A DNA stretch of 28,896 nt from a virus (Duplodnaviria; Caudoviricetes), in the IMG/VR virus record IMGVR_UViG_3300011338_000802, positions 1 through 28,896 of that record, one strand, 5' to 3'. Below the pieces are notes generated by a model. It did no database searches, had not been told where the DNA came from, and was given only the letters and a program-made list of their open reading frames with translations. The position numbers were made by a program, and so were the translations under genes. Positions 24,552 to 28,896 of this stretch are shown piece by piece. Position 1 is the first letter of the stretch. Each line of letters starts with the position of its first letter.

Positions 24552-25883
24552 TTAGTCTTTCCAACCGGAGATAGGAATCCAAACTTCGCCGTTTAAGTTA
24601 GTTGTCGCGTTTGCGAACCCAAGCGCGGCACTGCCAAAAATGCCGAGTGACCCCCCAAAAGTCCCAACGACACCAAATTTTGTAGCGTCGTATAGGTATG
24701 CTCTTGCGATAGCATGCAGAGCCCCGCCGCTAGTCCCGCCGTTGATTGCGCCAGTGATTCTGCTAGTGACCGCGACCGAAGCGTCAGTGCCCGTGTAAGC
24801 TGGGCCGCCGGTTGTAGTATCAGCGCTCAACCCATAAGGGATTGTGAAAAGGCAAGGGCCTGTTCCATTAGAACCAGCGGATGTTTGCCTAATGTCGAGC
24901 TGAGTAACTAAATGGCGACCTCTTCTAAACCCGTCTACCGTTTTTGCGGTAGCTGTTCCAATCACGAATGTGCCCGAAGTCCCGGCGGTTAAAGTAACGG
25001 TTGCCGTGCCGAGTAATCCAGTATTGGTGTGGTGTTTCAACAAATAGTACGCAGAACCATTGGAATAAATCTGATAGACCTCGCCCGGTGTATGGATTTT
25101 CCAATCCGACTCGGAACCTTTAGGCCCAATGATTGAGCCCACGATTGAGATCGCATTCCCCGTAATGGCCGAGTCAATATTGAAAATTTCTACTGTCTGC
25201 CCAGACATGGTCGCAGCGGAAGGTAGAGTTAAGTTCCAAGCACTCGCCGATGTAACGGGGATTTTTTGGTCGCCCGAAGCGATAGTGTAGTTAGAACTTT
25301 TTGTCGCTGTGATTGTAGAGGTCAGAGCCGTTCTGGAATCTAAGCCGATATATGCGTCGTCAATAAAATAAGTGACGGCAGTGCCCGCACTCGTTTGCTT
25401 GACTTGTAAATACAAATACTGAGAGTCAGCGTCACTCGCGACACCCGCGACTGTTGGGCAAGTAAAAAATACCGATACCGTGCCGGGAGTTGATTTCGCA
25501 GCTGCCGCTGAAGTTCCAAGCAAGTTGTTGTCTCGGTCGTAAACTTCTAGAGCTGTGAAAGCATCGCCGCCTTTATACCTAATGCGCGCTTCGCAGTTTT
25601 GATTTAGCATCCCGTTGTGCGCGTAAACTGTTTTACTTCTTAAGTATCCATTTGTAGCCGTTGAGAGCCATGAAGCCGAAGCGACACCTGTTAAGACGTT
25701 CGCCGCTGTGGTCGTAGTCCCAAAGGTTGAGGTGACAGACGACCATGTGCTTTTTCCATTCTCGAAGCCGGGGTTAGGTAATAAGTTTCGCTCAGTGTAG
25801 AGGGACTTATCAACTTCCGTAAGAGCTGCAAAAGCGTTAAGCGTAAAGGTCGCGGTTAGTAATTTTAGTAGAAACTTTTTCAT
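24552..25883 (-). CDS. tail fibre / adhesin with Sec-type signal peptide and CBM-like domain
   Basis: MKKFLLKLLTATFTLNAFA leader; NLLPNPGFE..W...YFIDD jelly-roll pattern; NYT...LTLPSAA..G fibre domain; Gly/Thr-rich C-terminal domain. Confidence 0.7.
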   Translation of the reverse strand: MKKFLLKLLTATFTLNAFAALTEVDKSLYTERNLLPNPGFENGKSTWSSVTSTFGTTTTAANVLTGVASASWLSTATNGYLRSKTVYAHNGMLNQNCEARIRYKGGDAFTALEVYDRDNNLLGTSAAAAKSTPGTVSVFFTCPTVAGVASDADSQYLYLQVKQTSAGTAVTYFIDDAYIGLDSRTALTSTITATKSSNYTIASGDQKIPVTSASAWNLTLPSAATMSGQTVEIFNIDSAITGNAISIVGSIIGPKGSESDWKIHTPGEVYQIYSNGSAYYLLKHHTNTGLLGTATVTLTAGTSGTFVIGTATAKTVDGFRRGRHLVTQLDIRQTSAGSNGTGPCLFTIPYGLSADTTTGGPAYTGTDASVAVTSRITGAINGGTSGGALHAIARAYLYDATKFGVVGTFGGSLGIFGSAALGFANATTNLNGEVWIPISGWKD

Positions 25884-25884
25884 C

Positions 25885-26592
25885 TTAGTATCTCACTTCC
25901 GTAAGGCTTGGGATAAAACGAATATCCGCAGTATCAGTGTCAGTGTCACGATAAAGAGAAACTTTAATCATGTCACCTGTAGACACTGCCACACCGTTAA
26001 TTTGACCGCTTGAGTCGGTTAGATCAAGCGTCGTAATTCTTAATTGCTTTGCAACAGTGTTCGTTAGCGCTGTGTTTGTCGTAGTTCTTTGATTCGTTGT
26101 TGAATCAAAAGCGTCAGTGCCATCTCTGACTAAAGTCGCTTGGGCTTTTAATAGCTGAGTGAGAGTAGCTGTCGGACTGTAGTGCCCGATTTTTGCAGTG
26201 ATCTGACGACCGGCCACATATCCTTCAGGTACTTTCAAAAACAAATTTAATTTTGAGCTTGAGCCCGGCTCAAACAGATAAAGCACTCCGCCGTTTTCTT
26301 CGACGCTTGTCGGAGCATCGCCGGGGTTTTCTTGCCATGAAGCGCCCATTCCGCCGCCTGCGCCTGCGCTAGATAAAATCTGAATCGCTTGGCGCAATTG
26401 AGTTTTTGTGTTTGTCGCGTAAGGGTTGGCTTGGTCGATAGTGAGCCCCGCGTGTTCGATTACGTGCGCGACTTCCTCTTGAAGAATATTTAACCAGTCT
26501 GAGCCCAACACACTCGCGGGTGTAGGGACGCCGGGGTCTCCGTCTGTGAATAAATTACTAGGGGCCGCGTCTGTGCCTGCATTTCGTCTCAT
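25885..26592 (-). CDS. tail fibre proximal protein (Mu gp49-like N-terminus)
   Basis: FTDGDP....ASVL..DWLN..QEE...VIE.AG......QL.QAI. Confidence 0.75.
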   Translation of the reverse strand: MRRNAGTDAAPSNLFTDGDPGVPTPASVLGSDWLNILQEEVAHVIEHAGLTIDQANPYATNTKTQLRQAIQILSSAGAGGGMGASWQENPGDAPTSVEENGGVLYLFEPGSSSKLNLFLKVPEGYVAGRQITAKIGHYSPTATLTQLLKAQATLVRDGTDAFDSTTNQRTTTNTALTNTVAKQLRITTLDLTDSSGQINGVAVSTGDMIKVSLYRDTDTDTADIRFIPSLTEVRY

Positions 26593-26597
26593 TTTAA

Positions 26598-27197
26598 TTA
26601 ACTCCCATATATAAATTGCACTCGTGTGTGCGCGGGCTTAGCCCTCTCTATTACACACTCTAGCGCTGCATTTTCAAAAGTCCTAAGCCTATCTCCCGCT
26701 CTATTTGTCCCTGCGCGAAAAACGCCTAAGACAAAAGTATCGGTAATAACCTGAAACCAAAATTTCCAAAGCGGCCCGTAGAGTCTATCCCCGCAACGGG
26801 AGATTCCGCACCTAAACATATCCACGCCGGGCTCTTCGATTGTGACCACGTAGCCTAAGCTAAAAGCGAGGTCGATCATAAATTGTTTGCTTAAAGTGTT
26901 GCCGCCTCGAGTAGTGAGTTTTAGCACAACAGCATTGATGCGCTCTTGAATTGTGCCCGCAACGTCTTGGCACTCGTCGGGAATTCCGACCATTCTTTCC
27001 CACTCTTCTAAAAGCTCGAAGGTAGTTCTAGGGTCTAGGTTTTCTAAAAGAGTATCTGCGCGGTCTTCAATTCGAGAAAGCTCAACGGCCATCCCTTCAT
27101 TTGTTTCAAAAAAAATAGAATCGCTTTCTCTATTCCAAGCGCGGCCCTTGGGCCACAAGTGAAGTAAAAGCTGGCGATATTTATCAATCACGCTCAT
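26598..27197 (-). CDS. baseplate protein, Mu gp48/YmfQ (DUF2313)
   Basis: L.L.PKG.AW, DPRTT.ELL.EWE...G.PD.C, LECVIE..KPAHT. Confidence 0.9.
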   Translation of the reverse strand: MSVIDKYRQLLLHLWPKGRAWNRESDSIFFETNEGMAVELSRIEDRADTLLENLDPRTTFELLEEWERMVGIPDECQDVAGTIQERINAVVLKLTTRGGNTLSKQFMIDLAFSLGYVVTIEEPGVDMFRCGISRCGDRLYGPLWKFWFQVITDTFVLGVFRAGTNRAGDRLRTFENAALECVIERAKPAHTRVQFIYGS

Positions 27198-27200
27198 AAA

Positions 27201-28253
27201 TTAAATCCAAGTAATTGTCCCCATTGTTTTTAACTGGCCAGCGGTTGCTACGACGTCAGCGGATGGGACTGTCACGTCGCTATCAATTTCGCCCGCTGCG
27301 CTAGATATCGCTTCTCTAATTTGAGAAAGATAGATTGTTCCGCCGGGCTCTGAGACTCTCAAAAGTAAGTCTTCAAGCTCCGCTTGCACCGCTGCACGAA
27401 TCGCTGCCGTGTCGGGTGAAATGTTTATTGTAAAATTTAAAGGTGAATCTGTCGGAGCGAATACTGTTACGTCGGCAGTTAACGGCCTGACTGTCTCGAT
27501 GTAATCCGCAACGTCTGCAATTTCACCGGCGCTTGGGAAAAGTGTGGGGGTGTCGTTGTCCCTGACGAATGCGACACTAACAGTGCCAACGCCTAAATAG
27601 TTTTCATAAACCCACACGCGTGTGACGCCTGTAATTTCTTTCGCCCAAAATTCGTAGTCTGTTGCATTCCCGCCTCTTGGGGGATTTTGTATCTTTGCTA
27701 AAATTCTTTCGCGCCAAGCCTCAAGACCCTCAACGTCGCTGCCGCCAGTGATGCCGTCGGGCTCGACTAACCCGTCTGAGGTTATGCCAGCAATAGGAGT
27801 TACAATGGTCAGCGTCTCGCCTGAAAGCATGTTGCCCGTATCGCCTGCGGTTAAGCAAACAACATCGACAACAACGGTGCCGCTAGTTACTGTTCCGTCA
27901 GCTTCGACTTGATATAAAATCCCGTCGCTTCTTTGGAGTTGAGTGAGAGCGGGCAAAATTGTCCCGTTAGTTCCGCTAAATTCCACTTGTCCGTCAGCGA
28001 AGGTCGCAGCGTTTCTTGCTACGGCCCAAAGTGAACCCCACCTTGCGAGGTTGTCTTGGGCCGTGTCTACAAAGGCCTCTCTAGAGATGTACTGTATGTA
28101 CCCATAAGCGGAATGCACGGCCCCGCCAAAAGCGGCGGCCATTGCTTTTATAACAGAGCGGCGGAGTGCCGAAATAGAACCTAAAACGCGTGTAGAAATA
28201 TCACTCGAGATTCGCTCAACGATTTCAGAAAGAGTCGGACGATTAAAAGCCAT
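27201..28253 (-). CDS. baseplate J / Mu gp47 protein
   Basis: RPTL, GN, GGSDVE..E.WRER, PP.GG...DY..WA, GTV motifs. Confidence 0.92.
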   Translation of the reverse strand: MAFNRPTLSEIVERISSDISTRVLGSISALRRSVIKAMAAAFGGAVHSAYGYIQYISREAFVDTAQDNLARWGSLWAVARNAATFADGQVEFSGTNGTILPALTQLQRSDGILYQVEADGTVTSGTVVVDVVCLTAGDTGNMLSGETLTIVTPIAGITSDGLVEPDGITGGSDVEGLEAWRERILAKIQNPPRGGNATDYEFWAKEITGVTRVWVYENYLGVGTVSVAFVRDNDTPTLFPSAGEIADVADYIETVRPLTADVTVFAPTDSPLNFTINISPDTAAIRAAVQAELEDLLLRVSEPGGTIYLSQIREAISSAAGEIDSDVTVPSADVVATAGQLKTMGTITWI

Positions 28254-28714
28254 TAGCGTGTACCCTCAGTTTTCCACTCTTTATCGAATGCATAGTTTAA
28301 TTTATCCCCGTCGGGTTTTTGAATCTCGATTTCCAATTTCAAAAAGCCGTTCAAAGGATAGCTTGCCACAACATTGATTGTCTCAGCAATCTCGTCGTCT
28401 ATCATCCACTGCAGCGCCTCTTTTGCATATTCGACCGCACGAGTTAAAGTTTCATTAGTTTGCTTTTCACGCTCCAAGAGCCAAAGTTTTGAGCCCGACA
28501 AGTCGTCGGGGATTTCTGCAATTGCATCGGCCCACCAACCTCTTTGATCTTGGCCTAAAAGCACTTCATTTTTTGTCACTCTTCTATCTGTGAAAAGAGA
28601 AACTATCACAGCGGTCCTTAGGCCCTCGTCTAATTTTAAATCGCCGTTTGCAACGGCAAAATCAAAACGGTCCCCGAACTCTGTGCGTGTAATTTCTAAA
28701 GCAATGTCACTCAT
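28253..28714 (-). CDS. Mu gp46-like baseplate protein
   Basis: L.TAV.VSLFTDRR, RGWWAD, GSKLWLL.R.K, YA.EALQW...D. Confidence 0.92.
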   Translation of the reverse strand: MSDIALEITRTEFGDRFDFAVANGDLKLDEGLRTAVIVSLFTDRRVTKNEVLLGQDQRGWWADAIAEIPDDLSGSKLWLLEREKQTNETLTRAVEYAKEALQWMIDDEIAETINVVASYPLNGFLKLEIEIQKPDGDKLNYAFDKEWKTEGTR

Positions 28715-28896
28715 TAACTCACCTGTACGTCAGCGGGGTCAGTTATGCCGCCGCCCGTTCCATTCTCTGCATGTTTATGTGTGTTGTGCGCAGTTTTAAT
28801 TTCGTTAACCTTAGCACCTACATCCGCAATAGGAGTGCCGCCTGTTGAGGCGATAGTCGCCCCCGTGAGAGCACCCGTTGAGGTTACGCCTGCGGG
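28714..28896 (-). CDS. C-terminus of baseplate spike (Mu gp45 / gpV-like), truncated by the window
   Basis: Open frame ...KVNEIKTAHNTHKHAENGTGGGITDPADVQVS* with the HxH iron-binding tip motif. Confidence 0.8.
   Translation of the reverse strand, partial: PAGVTSTGALTGATIASTGGTPIADVGAKVNEIKTAHNTHKHAENGTGGGITDPADVQVS

Overview
This window holds most of a tailed dsDNA phage genome with a Mu-like contractile-tail baseplate. It appears to begin at the packaging end, where a lambda-type cosQ/cosN-like signal sits at nt 1-40. Layout: (i) leftward block with a gpZ-like protein, HNH nuclease, iteron-rich putative origin, primase-polymerase/helicase (one in-frame TAA) and Cro-like HTH; (ii) rightward replication operon with SNF2 helicase, Cas4-like DUF2800 nuclease, DUF2815 SSB, family A DNA polymerase, C5 methyltransferase, dNMP kinase and two candidate peptidoglycan enzymes; (iii) leftward cluster of small accessory genes, including a CsrA homologue missed by the ORF track and an SGNH-hydrolase lipoprotein; (iv) a candidate ~145-nt structured RNA; (v) an accessory tail cassette; (vi) holin/spanin-like genes, tail fibres and Mu gp48/47/46/45-like baseplate genes. 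The best candidate for a new system is in (v). A 620-aa fibre-like protein has 36 cysteines forming nine 3-Cys repeats matched by nine CxG motifs in a nested order, and a coiled-coil protein and a thioredoxin are encoded directly downstream. No integrase, CI repressor, tRNA or CRISPR array was seen. All family calls come from motif recognition by eye; no database searches were run.
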